The notes: generated by a model not told the origin, from the letters alone. A stretch of DNA of 63,633 nucleotides, filler included, from Octopus bimaculoides (GCF_001194135.2; 6 parts of 6 records of this genome joined end to end with filler, not necessarily neighbours in it); one strand, 5' to 3'; counted from the whole stretch's first letter, positions 24,971 to 37,556 are shown. Translations and numbers: made by a program.

Positions 24971-25132
24971 TTGAAAAAGATGACTATATTTTTCAGGTTG
25001 GGAAGACTTGGGTGATTGCAGACAAAGTAGCTGATGAGTACTAACATAGAGAAAAAGTTATGCATGCCTCCCATCACGTAAATTGCGATTGTATACTGTT
25101 CTTGTGTCAGTGTGTGGATTACTGGAACGGGA
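24971..25132 (-). CDS. ITPR-like exon, TM2 (PVPVIHTLTQEQYTIAIYVMGGMHNFFSMLVLISYFVCNHP...)
   Basis: Phase 2/2 with CAG and GTAAGT boundaries. Completes the split codon GA|T from the previous exon. Confidence 0.9.
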
Positions 25133-25454
25133 CTGTCAGCAGAAAAAGAAAATCACAAAATTTTTAGACAGAAAAAGAAAAACATGTTTAAAACAGTTTT
25201 GTTATCCTACTGGCTTTGTTTGAATCAATGTGGAAAATTAAGAGGAATTTAGCAAAATAATTTAGTTATTACGTTTTTGGATTTGGTTTGCAAGATTCTT
25301 TATGTGAGTTCGTGTGTTGAAGCATATTCTGTTGTGTCTGGGGAGAGCCATTCTCTTTTTTGGTGCCTTATAATTTAACACACTCACCGGTAAAATATCC
25401 ACTTATTTCTTATTTATTTTTCTAAACTTTTCGTCGCGTCTTGCAACCATTTCA

Positions 25455-25692
25455 ATAGAGCTAGTGTCGCATAACTGGCACCAGTGCTGATGGCATGTGA
25501 AAATCACCCATTGAACTTTGGGCCTCACAGAGGCAGTGACAAGTGACCGAGACCTTTGGCGATATGCTGTGCTTGAGAAAGTTAGTCAAGCCAAATGAGA
25601 TCGTAGTTCTGGCTGATGCTGGTCTGCACCGAACTCCAGTCTGATTTGGCATGGTTTCTATGGCTGGATGCCCTTCCTAACGCCAACCACTT
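25455..25692. mobile_element. Dispersed retroposon fragment (GGCTGGATGCCCTTCCTAACGCC family)
   Basis: Related sequence (CTCCAGGTTCCAGTCTGATT..GGTTTC) at about 42530-42670 and 46935-47045, where it adjoins a (CAT)n run. Confidence 0.55.
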
Positions 25693-25779
25693 TATGTATG
25701 TATGTATGTATGCATGCATGCATACATATACATACATATACACATATATACATTCACACACACACACACACACACATAG

Positions 25780-25927
25780 GGCAAATAAGAAAATGGAGAG
25801 GATATAACATCAACAAACATCAGCCAGTAAACATTCCATTATATCTATTTATTAAATGATAACAAATGTGTGTTTACTTGCTGTGGTTTGTCGATTTTTT
25901 TATATCCTCTCCATTTTCTTATTTGCC
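25780..25927. repeat. MITE-like inverted repeat
   Basis: GGCAAATAAGAAAATGGAGAGGATATAA and its perfect reverse complement, with imperfect inner arms. Confidence 0.8.
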
Positions 25928-26632
25928 TTATAAATCCTGGGTAAATTTCCNNNNNNNNNNNNNNNNNNNNNNNNNNNNNNNNNNNNNNNNNNNNNNNNNN
26001 NNNNNNNNNNNNNNNNNNNNNNNNNNNNNNNNNNNNNNNNNNNNNNNNNNNNNNNNNNNNNNNNNNNNNNNNNNNNNNNNNNNNNNNNNNNNNNNNNNNN
26101 NNNNNNNNNNNNNNNNNNNNNNNNNNNNNNNNNNNNNNNNNNNNNNNNNNNNNNNNNNNNNNNNNNNNNNNNNNNNNNNNNNNNNNNNNNNNNNNNNNNN
26201 NNNNNNNNNNNNNNNNNNNNNNNNNNNNNNNNNNNNNNNNNNNNNNNNNNNNNNNNNNNNNNNNNNNNNNNNNNNNNNNNNNNNNNNNNNNNNNNNTATG
26301 TATATATATATTTCTTGTTTCTAACGGTCATTTACTTAGCTATATAATGTTATAACTCGTACGCAACCTTAGCATTTATCGCATGTCTTGCTTTTGTAAG
26401 TTGGTTCCCTGACGATAAATTTATGTCCATTTCCAGCACCTCTTACTTCTTTGGAGTAGAGTGCACATATATTTTGAAACATATGTCGCAAGGGGGTACC
26501 CGTGTTAACAGTATATATATATGTAAGTAAAAATCCATATTGACAGAGAACTTTTTAGCCTGGTCTGACATTTTATTGAAAGAGTGAAATGAGCCTTATA
26601 GAAAAGCCGTGGAAAAGATGTGAGATACTTAC

Positions 26633-26755
26633 TCGTCTATACCTTCAACAAGTGTTGAATTTCCTTTCTGAAGAGAAGCTTTTGCATTCCAAGTGATGAG
26701 CATCATAATGTTGATGGCGAAACTTAATATCGTCACCATATGGTTCCAAAATAGC
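26633..26755 (-). CDS. ITPR-like exon, TM1 (LFWNHMVTILSFAINIMMLITWNAK...EGID)
   Basis: Phase 2/2 with TAG and GTAAGT boundaries. Hydrophobic segment at the TM1 position. Confidence 0.92.
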
Positions 26756-27360
26756 CTAAAGAAAGAGAACGAAAAGAAAGAACAAAAACAACGTGAGAAA
26801 TACATTGGCAGAATCGGTAGGGCATCGGACAGAAGTCTGAGAGTATTTAATGGCATTCCTTTACATTCTGAGTCAATTTCCACTTTGATCAGTTTTGCTT
26901 TTTATCCTTTAGGAGTTAATGAAATAAAGGATCAGTTAAATACTGGAGTTTATTTGATCGGCTCATATTGGGATCTCAGGATTTTTCAGTCTGTTTTACT
27001 GTATATAAGTGTTTTCAGAGTGTTATTTTTTGTTTAACATCAAATCGGCAGAGTTGATAGAGCATAAGTTTGTCAGAATTTGTTCCAAATCTATTCATCC
27101 TGAGATCGAATCTCACCTATGTCAAATTTATCTTTTTTATTCTTTCTGGGTTAATACCATCTTCCTGTTCACTTAATTTGTCGCTTAGTTCATTGCAAAC
27201 TCTCATTCTACAAACAACTCCCTTGTACATGGTTTGTATGGCTCTCACAAGCAATTCGACTATACATTACTTTCTTCAGCGACCACCAGGTTATAGAATG
27301 AGACACACACACACACACACACTTACACACTCACATATCTACAAAACAAAGTGCACATAC

Positions 27361-27530
27361 CATCCTTTTGTTAGAAGAAGTGCTAATGGATTTCCTAGAA
27401 TTCGTCTTTGATAGGCGATATCTTTCATTATGTCTTTTGCCCATTCCATCAAATCTCTTATTTTATTACTGGGAGAAGATCGGTCAACATTCCATTTCAA
27501 CTTCTCTTTTACTTCTTCTCGTAGAACTCG
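27361..27530 (-). CDS. ITPR-like exon (RVLREEVKEKLKWNVDRSSPSNKIRDLMEWAKDIMKDIAYQRRILGNPLALLLTKG)
   Basis: TAG acceptor, GTATGT donor, phase 0/2. Resembles ITPR FLTKESK..ERDEQGSKINDF..EMNWQKKLR. Confidence 0.93.
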
Positions 27531-27581
27531 CTAAAACAAAGAAGAAACGCGCAAGAACAAGAATCAGTATTGAAAATGCAT

Positions 27582-27618
<37 letters not shown>

Positions 27619-29348
27619 TAAAAATGAGTAGAGATGGCTTTTTGGGGGGATAATTTTAATCTTAATAATAATGTTTACAGTGCGTTACTCTGATATGAGT
27701 TTCGAGTCTCAAGTAGCCGTTTTCAAACTGAAAAATGTAGGCTTTACTGGTTGCTTAAATAGCAAAAGATTTTTTTGCTACACGTATCTCTTTTACTNNN
27801 NNNNNNNNNNNNNNNNNNNNNNNNNNNNNNNNNNNNNNNNNNNNNNNNNNNNNNNNNNNNNNNNNNNNNNNNNNNNNNNNNNNNNNNNNNNNNNNNNNNN
27901 NNNNNNNNNNNNNNNNNNNNNNNNNNNNNNNNNNNNNNNNNNNNNNNNNNNNNNNNNNNNNNNNNNNNNNNNNNNNNNNNNNNNNNNNNNNNNNNNNNNN
28001 NNNNNNNNNNNNNNNNNNNNNNNNNNNNNNNNNNNNNNNNNNNNNNNNNNNNNNNNNNNNNNNNNNNNNNNNNNNNNNNNNNNNNNNNNNNNNNNNNNNN
28101 NNNNNNNNNNNNNNNNNNNNNNNNNNNNNNNNNNNNNNNNNNNNNNNNNNNNNNNNNNNNNNNNNNNNNNNNNNNNNNNNNNNNNNNNNNNNNNNNNNNN
28201 NNNNNNNNNNNNNNNNNNNNNNNNNNNNNNNNNNNNNNNNNNNNNNNNNNNNNNNNNNNNNNNNNNNNNNNNNNNNNNNNNNNNNNNNNNNNNNNNNNNN
28301 NNNNNNNNNNNNNNNNNNNNNNNNNNNNNNNNNNNNNNNNNNNNNNNNNNNNNNNNNNNNNNNNNNNNNNNNNNNNNNNNNNNNNNNNNNNNNNNNNNNN
28401 NNNNNNNNNNNTATATATATGTATGTATGTATGTATGTGTGTGTGTGTGTGTGTGTGTATGTGTGTGTGTGTGTGTGTGTGTATGAATGTATTAGTGTAC
28501 GTAAGTATATTCCATAAATGTGAAGATCAAATACTGCGAAGTGCTGCTTCGGTGCTTAGAACGAAATTCAGCATGGAAAATGTATTAACGCCAGTGCTTA
28601 ACAAAGATGAAAAATATCAAATTTAGCGGGATTAAACACGTGATTAACTGACAACAAACAGATAAAGAGACATTGAGAGACCAACTCTAGTTACGCAGAA
28701 ATAAGATATCTCAGAGTCTAAACCCAGACTCAAGCAATAGCTATATAATTTCTATGTAAATATGACTTGTGTGTCTCTCGGTTTCTTTTCGTTTTATCTG
28801 GTTTAATGATAGACTTGTTAGGTTTGTCATGTGTTTATCTTCTGCTTGTTTGAGTCATTGAACAGCAGTCATGCTGGAACATTGCCTTGAAGGAGTTTCA
28901 GTCGATCAAATCATCGTTCCTCAGTACTTATGCTTCTTTTCGAGTTTGGTACTTATTACATCGTTCGTTTTTGTCGAACCGCTCGGTTACGGGGATATAA
29001 CGAAACAAACAGCAGTTGTGAAGTGGTGGTGGTGGTGCTGGTGGACAAATACGGACGCAAAACGCAAACAAGGCGTTGTATTAGTTTAACGCTTGGGAAG
29101 AATGGAAAAGTCTTTGACGTTTCGAGCCTACGCTTTTTGACAGAAAGGATTGAGAGGAAAACAAATGGAGACAGAAAAAAATATGGAGGGATTAAGGGTT
29201 CAACATAATGAAATTACCAGAAATAAGGGAAATATGTATATATGTGAAAATTGCAAAATGAAATTTAAAAAGAAACGAGACTATATGTAAAATACTAGGA
29301 AAGTAGGTGGAGATGTCACACGAAAAGAAATGTGTTTGAAAATCTTAC

Positions 29349-29421
29349 TTTGTTCCGGACTCTGAAATTAATCTTCTGGAGACAATCGTCTTTCACAATT
29401 TCAATTGAAGAACAATTTTTC
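29349..29421 (-). CDS. ITPR-like exon, partial (KNCSSIEIVKDDCLQKINFRVRNK)
   Basis: Resembles ITPR [22 protein letters not shown]. Donor AAA|GTAAG. 5' part is in the gap. Confidence 0.88.
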
Positions 29422-29991
29422 NNNNNNNNNNNNNNNNNNNNNNNNNNNNNNNNNNNNNNNNNNNNNNNNNNNNNNNNNNNNNNNNNNNNNNNNNNNNNNN
29501 NNNNNNNNNNNNNNNNNNNNNNNNNNNNNNNNNNNNNNNNNNNNNNNNNNNNNNNNNNNNNNNNNNNNNNNNNNNNNNNNNNNNNNNNNNNNNNNNNNNN
29601 NNNNNNNNNNNNNNNNNNNNNNNNNNNNNNNNNNNNNNNNNNNNNNNNNNNNNNNNNNNNNNNNNNNNNNNNNNNNNNNNNNNNNNNNNNNNNNNNNNNN
29701 NNNNNNNNNNNNNNNNNNNNNNNNNNNNNNNNNNNNNNNNNNNNNNNNNNNNNNNNNNNNNNNNNNNNNNNNNNNNNNNNNNNNNNNNNNNNNNNNNNNN
29801 NNNNNNNNNNNNNNNNNNNNNNNNNNNNNNNNNNNNNNNNNNNNNNNNNNNNNNNNNNNNNNNNNNNNNNNNNNNNNNNNNNNNNNNNNNNNNNNNNNNN
29901 NNNNNNNNNNNNNNNNNNNNNNNNNNNNNNNNNNNNNNNNNNNNNNNNNNNNNNNNNNNNNNNNNNNNNNNNNNNNNNNNNNNNNNNNNNN

Positions 29992-30023
<32 letters not shown>

Positions 30024-30748
30024 AGAGGTAGGTAGACGGAGGAGAAGTGAGGAACAGAGAGAGGAAAGGGAGGGAGAGAGGAGAGAGGGAAAAAGACAAA
30101 GGCATGGAGAGGAGATGGGAGAGAGAAGAAGAGGAAAGAGAAAGAGAGAGAGAGAGAGAGAGGATATGAATGTGCAAATCAATATGTAAGCTGTTAGTTT
30201 ATTATGGTGTTACCTGTTAGGAAAACCCNNNNNNNNNNNNNNNNNNNNNNNNNNNNNNNNNNNNNNNNNNNNNNNNNNNNNNNNNNNNNNNNNNNNNNNN
30301 NNNNNNNNNNNNNNNNNNNNNNNNNNNNNNNNNNNNNNNNNNNNNNNNNNNNNNNNNNNNNNNNNNNNNNNNNNNNNNNNNNNNNNNNNNNNNNNNNNNN
30401 NNNNNNNNNNNNNNNNNNNNNNNNNNNNNNNNNNNNNNNNNNNNNNNNNNNNNNNNNNNNNNNNNNNNNNNNNNNNNNNNNNNNNNNNNNNNNNNNNNNN
30501 NNNNNNNNNNNNNNNNNNNNNNNNNNNNNNNNNNNNNNNNNNNNNNNNNNNNNNNNNNNNNNNNNNNNNNNNNNNNNNNNNNNNNNNNNNNNNNNNNNNN
30601 NNNNNNNNNNNNNNNNNNNNNNNNNNNNNNNNNNNNNNNNNNNNNNNNNNNNNNNNNNNNNNNNNNNNNNNNNNNNNNNNNNNNNNNNNNNNNNNNNNNN
30701 NNNNNNNNNNNNNNNNNNNNNNNNNNNNNNNNNNNNNGTTTGTTGGTA

Positions 30749-30821
30749 GGGTCATTATGCCAATAAGACACACACGCAGTGACAAAACCAGTGCGTGTGT
30801 TTATCATTGGCATGATGACCC
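30749..30821. repeat. 73-nt hairpin
   Basis: 16-bp outer stem, internal loop, 9-bp inner stem. Confidence 0.75.
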
Positions 30822-30934
30822 TCCCAAGCTGCAACAAAAATCGATTTCAACACAAGATTTCACATCAGCGTTCTTGAACAAGACCCTTCATTTCACCTGG
30901 TTCCTGTCCGTTCAACTGTATATGAATAACCCTG

Positions 30935-31250
30935 CGTGGCGGCCCCATGGTGAGGGCGTTGGGTTCACGACACGAGATCGCGGGTTCGGTTACTAATCTG
31001 GCAGTGTGCTGTGTTCAAGAGCAAAGCATTTCGTTTCATAATACAGTTCTATATTTAAGAGATGAGGAATTATGTAAATAAAGTAAATAACGTAAACAAT
31101 GTATTTCGTTTCATGTTGCTTCAGTCCATTCAACTGTAAAAAGTTGACGACCCCGTGACAAACTGGCGTCTCGCTCAAGAGAGGCAATGTTGTGATATGG
31201 GTCACCTTTTTTTTGCCGTAGGAAACCGGATAACCGGGCCCTAAGAATCA
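30935..31250 (+). mobile_element. Degenerate tRNA-headed SINE with a third type of 3' end
   Basis: tRNA-like head (GGGTTCGGTT) and core resembling the other copies. Confidence 0.55.
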
Positions 31251-31316
31251 TAGCGCCGCAGACAGTAACGTCTGCGGGGATTGACGACGACGATGATGAT
31301 AATGGTGGTGGTGGTG

Positions 31317-31377
<61 letters not shown>

Positions 31378-31430
31378 GGATGGTGACGATGATGATGAAG
31401 ATGGTGATGATGACGACGACGACGATGATG

Positions 31431-31462
<32 letters not shown>

Positions 31463-32139
31463 GATGATGGTGACGATGATGATGNNNNNNNNNNNNNNNN
31501 NNNNNNNNNNNNNNNNNNNNNNNNNNNNNNNNNNNNNNNNNNNNNNNNNNNNNNNNNNNNNNNNNNNNNNNNNNNNNNNNNNNNNNNNNNNNNNNNNNNN
31601 NNNNNNNNNNNNNNNNNNNNNNNNNNNNNNNNNNNNNNNNNNNNNNNNNNNNNNNNNNNNNNNNNNNNNNNNNNNNNNNNNNNNNNNNNNNNNNNNNNNN
31701 NNNNNNNNNNNNNNNNNNNNNNNNNNNNNNNNNNNNNNNNNNNNNNNNNNNNNNNNNNNNNNNNNNNNNNNNNNNNNNNNNNNNNNNNNNNNNNNNNNNN
31801 NNNNNNNNNNNNNNNNNNNNNNNNNNNNNNNNNNNNNNNNNNNNNNNNNNNNNNNNNNNNNNNNNNNNNNNNNNNNNNNNNNNNNNNNNNNNNNNNNNNN
31901 NNNNNNNNNNNNNNNNNNNNNNNNNNNNNNNNNNNNNNNNNNNNNNNNNNNNNNNNNNNNNNNNNNNNNNNNNNNNNNNNNNNNNNNNNNNNNNNNNNNN
32001 NNNNNNNNNNNNNNNNNNNNNNNNNNNNNNNNNNNNNNNNNNNNNNNNNNNNNNNNNNNNNNNNNNNNNNNNNNNNNNNNNNNNNNNNNNNNNNNNNNNN
32101 NTTTCCTTTCCGTAATTAGTTCCAATAAAGTTAACTTAC

Positions 32140-32319
32140 AATCACTCCCTGAATGAAACTTCCGCCTGCTAGGGCGAACGATTTCGCTGTTTGCATGTAG
32201 CTTCCAGAGCCGGACAAATTCTTCAAGTCTTCAAGTTTAGTTTTATCCGGTTGATGCATTTCATAGCATTCCGTCATTAGTTGAAGAACTGCTTTCTTGT
32301 CAAGAGTGTCTTTGACTTC
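32140..32319 (-). CDS. ITPR-like exon (EVKDTLDKKAVLQLMTECYEMH...GGSFIQGVI)
   Basis: CAG acceptor, GTAAGT donor, 180 bp, phase 0/0, in frame with the preceding exon. Confidence 0.87.
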
Positions 32320-32795
32320 CTGTTCGAAGAACACAACGCGAAGAACCAGAATTATATATATAATATAATATAATATAATATAATATAATATAATATAATA
32401 AATGCGAAAACTAATTTCTGTGTGCCAGTGTGTCACACTTAGACCTCCATTCTCTCACTATTCAATGACACTCCTACTATTCCTCATGATGGGGCGAGTT
32501 AATAGTAGGCATAGAAACGGTGAGGGTGGGGGCGAAGACAGAGAGAGGAGGAGAGAAAGAAAAAGAGAGGGAGAGAAAGAGAGACAAAGAAATTTAGGGG
32601 GAGTTGATGTTTTATTAAAAGTAGTAGTATTGATGGTGGCAGTGGGAGTAATAATGAAAGAGAGAGAAAGACTGGGTATGTGAGAGAAGGAGGGAGTTAA
32701 TGTACAACTTTGTTTAACCATCTCTCTTTGACAGAAATTGCTGTCGCCAACATACTGAACACTATCATTTTTGTTTTATTTTTTTGCTTTCTTTA

Positions 32796-32870
<75 letters not shown>

Positions 32871-33029
32871 GTTTACCGAAAATGGAATCTTTTAAACGTA
32901 CAGTGCGACGGAAAAGACCAGTTATTAATGAGGATGAATTGTATAAAACGGCAAGAGGTGATAAATCTTTACTATCTGTCGGCCAATTGTCTGTCGGCCA
33001 ACTGTCTATCGACGAATTGTCCGTCTACC

Positions 33030-33232
33030 GTAGAAATGAGTTGCGACGTCACTGGTGCCAAGCTGTATCGGCCTCTTTGCTTTTCCCTTGGCTAACATCA
33101 GTGGTGTGGATAAGGGAAGCTGGTATGCATGGGTGACTGCTGGTCTTCCATAAACAACCTTGCCCGGTCTTGTGCCTGGGAGGGGAACTTTCTAGGTGCA
33201 ATCCCATGGTCATTCATGACCGAAGGGGTTCT
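33030..33232 (+). mobile_element. SINE 3' body, same family as 15680-15890
   Basis: Shared text CACTGGTGCCAAGCT..GGTCTTCCATAAACAACCTTG..CTAGGTGCAATCCCATGGTCATTCATG. Confidence 0.8.
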
Positions 33233-33388
33233 TTATGACACTCAGAGGCAGCGTTGGGTCTACTGTTTGAGAGGCCGGACCCCAACACAGCTTAAGAAAA
33301 TATTGCAGTTGATATAGTTTAATTGAATAAAACATTTCAGGATGGTGCTCCAGCATGGCAGAAGCTAGTTTAAAAGATACACACAATT

Positions 33389-33560
33389 CAACATGTCGGT
33401 GCAACTTACAACACTTCAACATTCCCCCTCAACACGTAAATAAACCTCACAACACGTTCAAACACCCCACAACATGTCAATATATCGCACAGCATGTCAA
33501 TAAACCTCCCAACATGTCTACGCACCACACAACACATTAATGAAGCTCACAACACGTCCA
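33389..33560. repeat. Degenerate ~20-bp minisatellite (CAACATGTCAATAAACCTCA)
   Basis: About 7-8 diverged units. Confidence 0.7.
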
Positions 33561-33564
33561 TTAC

Positions 33565-33648
33565 CTTTGCAACCTGTGATGGTCCAGGACCATTTTCTTC
33601 AATCAAGGATACAATCAAATTTGCGATACTTTGTCGCAATTCCAGAAC
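33565..33648 (-). CDS. ITPR-like exon (VLELRQSIANLIVSLIEENGPGPSQVAK)
   Basis: TAG acceptor, GTAATG donor, 84 bp, phase 0/0. Resembles ITPR LELKNNASKLLLAIME. Confidence 0.92.
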
Positions 33649-34647
33649 CTAGAATGAGAGGAAAGATCGATTAAATAAGTGATTGATCGGAAATGTTCTT
33701 ATTCTATTACTATAATCATTCTTTCCATAACTCTGGATGCCTGCTACTCTCAGATGCTCCAGCTAGCCTTCAGTGACAGCTGGACGAAGAAACTGGCCGA
33801 TGAATCATGGCATCTTATCTGACGTTTCTTCAACTCTGCCAGTCCACCGTTTATTTCCTAGATATCTCATTAGTTAATCACTCATGAGGTGCACGTAGAA
33901 TTGTGAGAATCGAAACAGTAACGTATCTATTCATTCACTGTACATTATGGCAGGTTCAAACGTAAATATGCTGGTCGCTGTTGTTTTACGTATTCGGAGA
34001 ACATCTTCCATTAGACAGTATGTATTCATAATACAATCGACCTTATGCGTTTCCTTAGACAATGCTACCTGGCCGTATAAAACTACGAACTCTTGTTTAT
34101 AGAAATCCTGATGTGTGCTGATGTCTGCCTAGTATCCATCACTAATTATTTGTTTGTTGATTTCTTTGAACAAGAGTAACAGCTTTCGTTTAGAGTCATT
34201 GATGCAGAGTATCTTTGACTGAAAAAACTCCAAACCAGATCGAAACACTGCGGCGTCTCAAAGTTTTCTTACGTCAATGAATCGGCTGTGCTATGAACGT
34301 ACATCGTCTGAAGAGAGATGTTCTCAGAAGATGAAATATAACCGTGATTAACATATACACGTTCGAAACAGCCGAAATGTATTAAGAGTGAATAAATACG
34401 TTATTCTCTACAGCAAAGTACTGATAACTATATTAGAAAAGAAGCTATTCTCTAACCCAAAATCTAATTAGAGTAAACATCAGGAATAAAAACAGAAATA
34501 ACATGAACTGGCAGGAACAAAGTAACACTACGCCATCCCCCATCTAAAACAAACAATCAAAAAAGCCAGTAGCAATCAAAGATAAGAACCAAACAAATGA
34601 TAAAAAGAACTATAAATAAAACGGATATCGGAAGAATACATTCTCAC

Positions 34648-34749
34648 CTTTTCAGTGAGGCAGTCGGCAAAGTCCCCAGCTCTGAGTATAAAATTGATAT
34701 AGTCAATTATCTTGTTGTCGTAGATAACAACACGATTATCCTGGTTACT
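34648..34749 (-). CDS. ITPR-like exon (SNQDNRVVIYDNKIIDYINFILRAGDFADCLTEK)
   Basis: Poly-T acceptor, GTGAG donor, 102 bp, phase 0/0. Resembles ITPR ENQNCIA..GIDIITALIL. Confidence 0.92.
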
Positions 34750-35863
34750 CTACAAGACAAAAAAAAAAAAAAAAGAAGTGTCTGAGATTTTTTCCACTTT
34801 CATTCTTACGAGATTATCTTCGAGGTTTTAGTGCCAACTTAAATTTTCTCCTGAATTCTATTTTTGTTCTCGTAGCCAAAATAAAGCGAGGAAAAGTTTT
34901 AAAGTTGGAATATACAGAATTTAAATGAAGGAATAAATTTATATGTAACGGAAGTGGTGGTAGTGGTGGTGGTAATGGTGGTGTTGGGGAGATGTGTGTG
35001 TTGACGTTTCGGGCAAAAAAGATTTCCTCAGAAAGAGTAGGGGACGCTTCAAATACTTAGGGTATCACTGGAAATATCACCTGCTTATGTGAGAAGAAGA
35101 AGAAGAAGAAGAATCCATGGATGGAATTTATAAATATTTTAATGCATTACTACGCGCGTCTCCACAAAATACATGTTTCTTATGATCATAGTCCGTATTC
35201 CTAGAATGATTACAGTACAGGCCGTAATATCCATGGATACAGGATAGACATTGCTTATGCGTTCATTTCTTCGGACGATATGGCATTAATGGATGTTTAA
35301 CTGAAGGTTGTTTGCCAATTTTGACTAATGAAACGGTTGATTGGGGTATGTGGGCACAGGAAAGCCCACAAAGCCCAGAGTCATGATCATCGCTTGTTAG
35401 TATTATTGTCATTGAACTATCTGTGTGTGTGTATGCGCGTGCGTGTAAAATATACATATATAAATGTGTGTGAGCGAGTGCGAGCGTGTGTTTGTATGGA
35501 TGTATGAATGTGCGTAGGTGTATGTGCGTGTGTGAAAAACACATACTCACACGAGTGTGTGTTGTGTGCGTGCGTGTGTGTGCGTGTGTGTGCGTGTGTG
35601 TGTGTGTGTGTGTTTGTGTGTGTGTATACTGAAAGGCACGGGGCAATTTCAACTAACAACACACTAGTTTGGACATTAACAGAATTATATATACAGAATT
35701 TCATGCACTAAATTACCAATTAATTTGATGATTTGGAAATAATCAATATTTTATATTTAATAATAATCTTTATAGTTTTAGTTCGAGTAGACGCTACCTA
35801 CCTTGCCTGCCTACCCAGACAAAAAAAACAAAACAAAAAAAAACTTCCCTACTGTATACATAC

Positions 35864-36013
35864 CGCTGTAAATTCATTGATTGAGTCAAATAGTTGGATC
35901 ACTAAATCTATGCTTCTGCCATTTATATTCGAATAGACGACGTCGAGGAAGCGAGTCACCTCAGCAATAATGTCAAATGATTTCACGTTGTCAGGTTGTT
36001 CCCGCAGATAATT
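35864..36013 (-). CDS. ITPR-like exon (NYLREQPDNVKSFDIIAEVTRFLDVVYSNINGRSIDLVIQLFDSINEFTA)
   Basis: TAG acceptor, GTATGT donor, 150 bp, phase 0/0. Resembles ITPR NFLRCQ..YNLVCETLQFLD..LESLTEYC. Confidence 0.92.
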
Positions 36014-36321
36014 CTACAAGAATAAAGGTCAGTACCAACAAAATAATAGGCATAGAATATGAAACAGGCAAAAACAGTATTGAGTATATATATATATTTT
36101 TCTTTTTTTCTCCCTCTAATCAAACCTCCAAAAACTCACCACATACATACTTATACGCATATGCACACAAATAAACAGACAGACAAACACACATATGCAC
36201 ACACGTGTATATATATATTTAATACATTTTTCGCTGTATTGTTTATGCGTTACTTTTTGTATTTGTTATTTATTATTGATCTTATATAAAAATGAAGCTG
36301 TGTCCTTTAATTTGCTGTAAC

Positions 36322-36450
36322 CCAAGGCTGTAATAGAAGACACTTGCCCAAGGTGCAGTGAAAACACTTGCTCAAGGGCCACGCAGTGGGACTGAGCCCG
36401 GAACCATGTGGCTGGGAAGCAAATGCCTTATCACACAGCTACGTCTATAA
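36322..36450 (-). mobile_element. SINE family C head
   Basis: Reverse of the same head: GCTGTGTGATAAG..GGTTCCGGGCTCAGTCCCACTGCG. Similar copies at 54840-54990 (+) and 58670-58800 (-). Confidence 0.75.
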
Positions 36451-36599
36451 TAATTTGGGGTCGATAAAATAAAATACCTGCCAAATGCTGGGGTCCACGT
36501 AACCTACTAACCCATACCACGACAATTGCTGGCCTTGTGGAAAGATCTTGAAACGAATATCATTAGCATGTAGCTACTATTTGCCTCCGTTACCCCCCT

Positions 36600-36795
36600 A
36601 TATTGGACACAAGATCAGCGATTTTGGGGAAGGGATAAATCAATTAGATTGACCCCAGTGCGTAACTGGTACTTATTTCATCGACCCCGAAAGGATGAAA
36701 GGCAAAGTCGACCTCAGCGGAATTTGAACTCAGAGTGCAATGCCGCTAAGCATTTTGCTCGGCCTGCTAACGGTTCTGCCAGCTCGCCGTCTTAC
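36600..36795 (-). mobile_element. tRNA-headed SINE family D (GGCGAGCTGGCAGAA..GAGTTCAAATTCCGC..GGGGTCGAT)
   Basis: Further copies at about 44160-44290, 53690-53905, 57295-57510, 57520-57720 and 59105-59415. Confidence 0.75.
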
Positions 36796-36899
36796 TGTAA
36801 ACTCCCATTATATTAATCATATTACGTGTGGTTCATATTTGCGGTTGTAGGCCTGTTTATATTAGAGAGTGATGGGTACTACTGGCCGTTGGTACTTAC

Positions 36900-36949
36900 C
36901 TGTAACTGCTGGTTTTGACCGTCGCACATTCGTGCCATGACCTTGAGTA
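36900..36949 (-). CDS. ITPR-like exon, partial (LKVMARMCDGQNQQLQ), start of RIH-associated domain
   Basis: Resembles ITPR LRFLQLLCENHNRDLQ. Donor CAG|GTAAGT. 5' part is in the gap. Confidence 0.85.
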
Positions 36950-37447
36950 NNNNNNNNNNNNNNNNNNNNNNNNNNNNNNNNNNNNNNNNNNNNNNNNNNN
37001 NNNNNNNNNNNNNNNNNNNNNNNNNNNNNNNNNNNNNNNNNNNNNNNNNNNNNNNNNNNNNNNNNNNNNNNNNNNNNNNNNNNNNNNNNNNNNNNNNNNN
37101 NNNNNNNNNNNNNNNNNNNNNNNNNNNNNNNNNNNNNNNNNNNNNNNNNNNNNNNNNNNNNNNNNNNNNNNNNNNNNNNNNNNNNNNNNNNNNNNNNNNN
37201 NNNNNNNNNNNNNNNNNNNNNNNNNNNNNNNNNNNNNNNNNNNNNNNNNNNNNNNNNNNNNNNNNNNNNNNNNNNNNNNNNNNNNNNNNNNNNNNNNNNN
37301 NNNNNNNNNNNNNNNNNNNNNNNNNNNNNNNNNNNNNNNNACAGTAAACATAAGAGCACCACAGCAAACCACAGCACATACCCAAGGCGCACAGAGCTGC
37401 GCTCGGTAGTGAAGTGAAAGCACGTTATAAAAATAAAACTACTGAAC

Positions 37448-37507
<60 letters not shown>

Positions 37508-37556
37508 CATATATTTCGCAATTGTATAAAATATTTGATATATGATATATGATATA

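Noticed and set aside
34280-34375. CTGAAGA...TTCGAAACAGCCGA with upstream TCGGCTGT, resembling a type III hammerhead
   Set aside because: Position 17 would be G, stem I is out of register and stem II is weak. A simple inverted repeat explains it.
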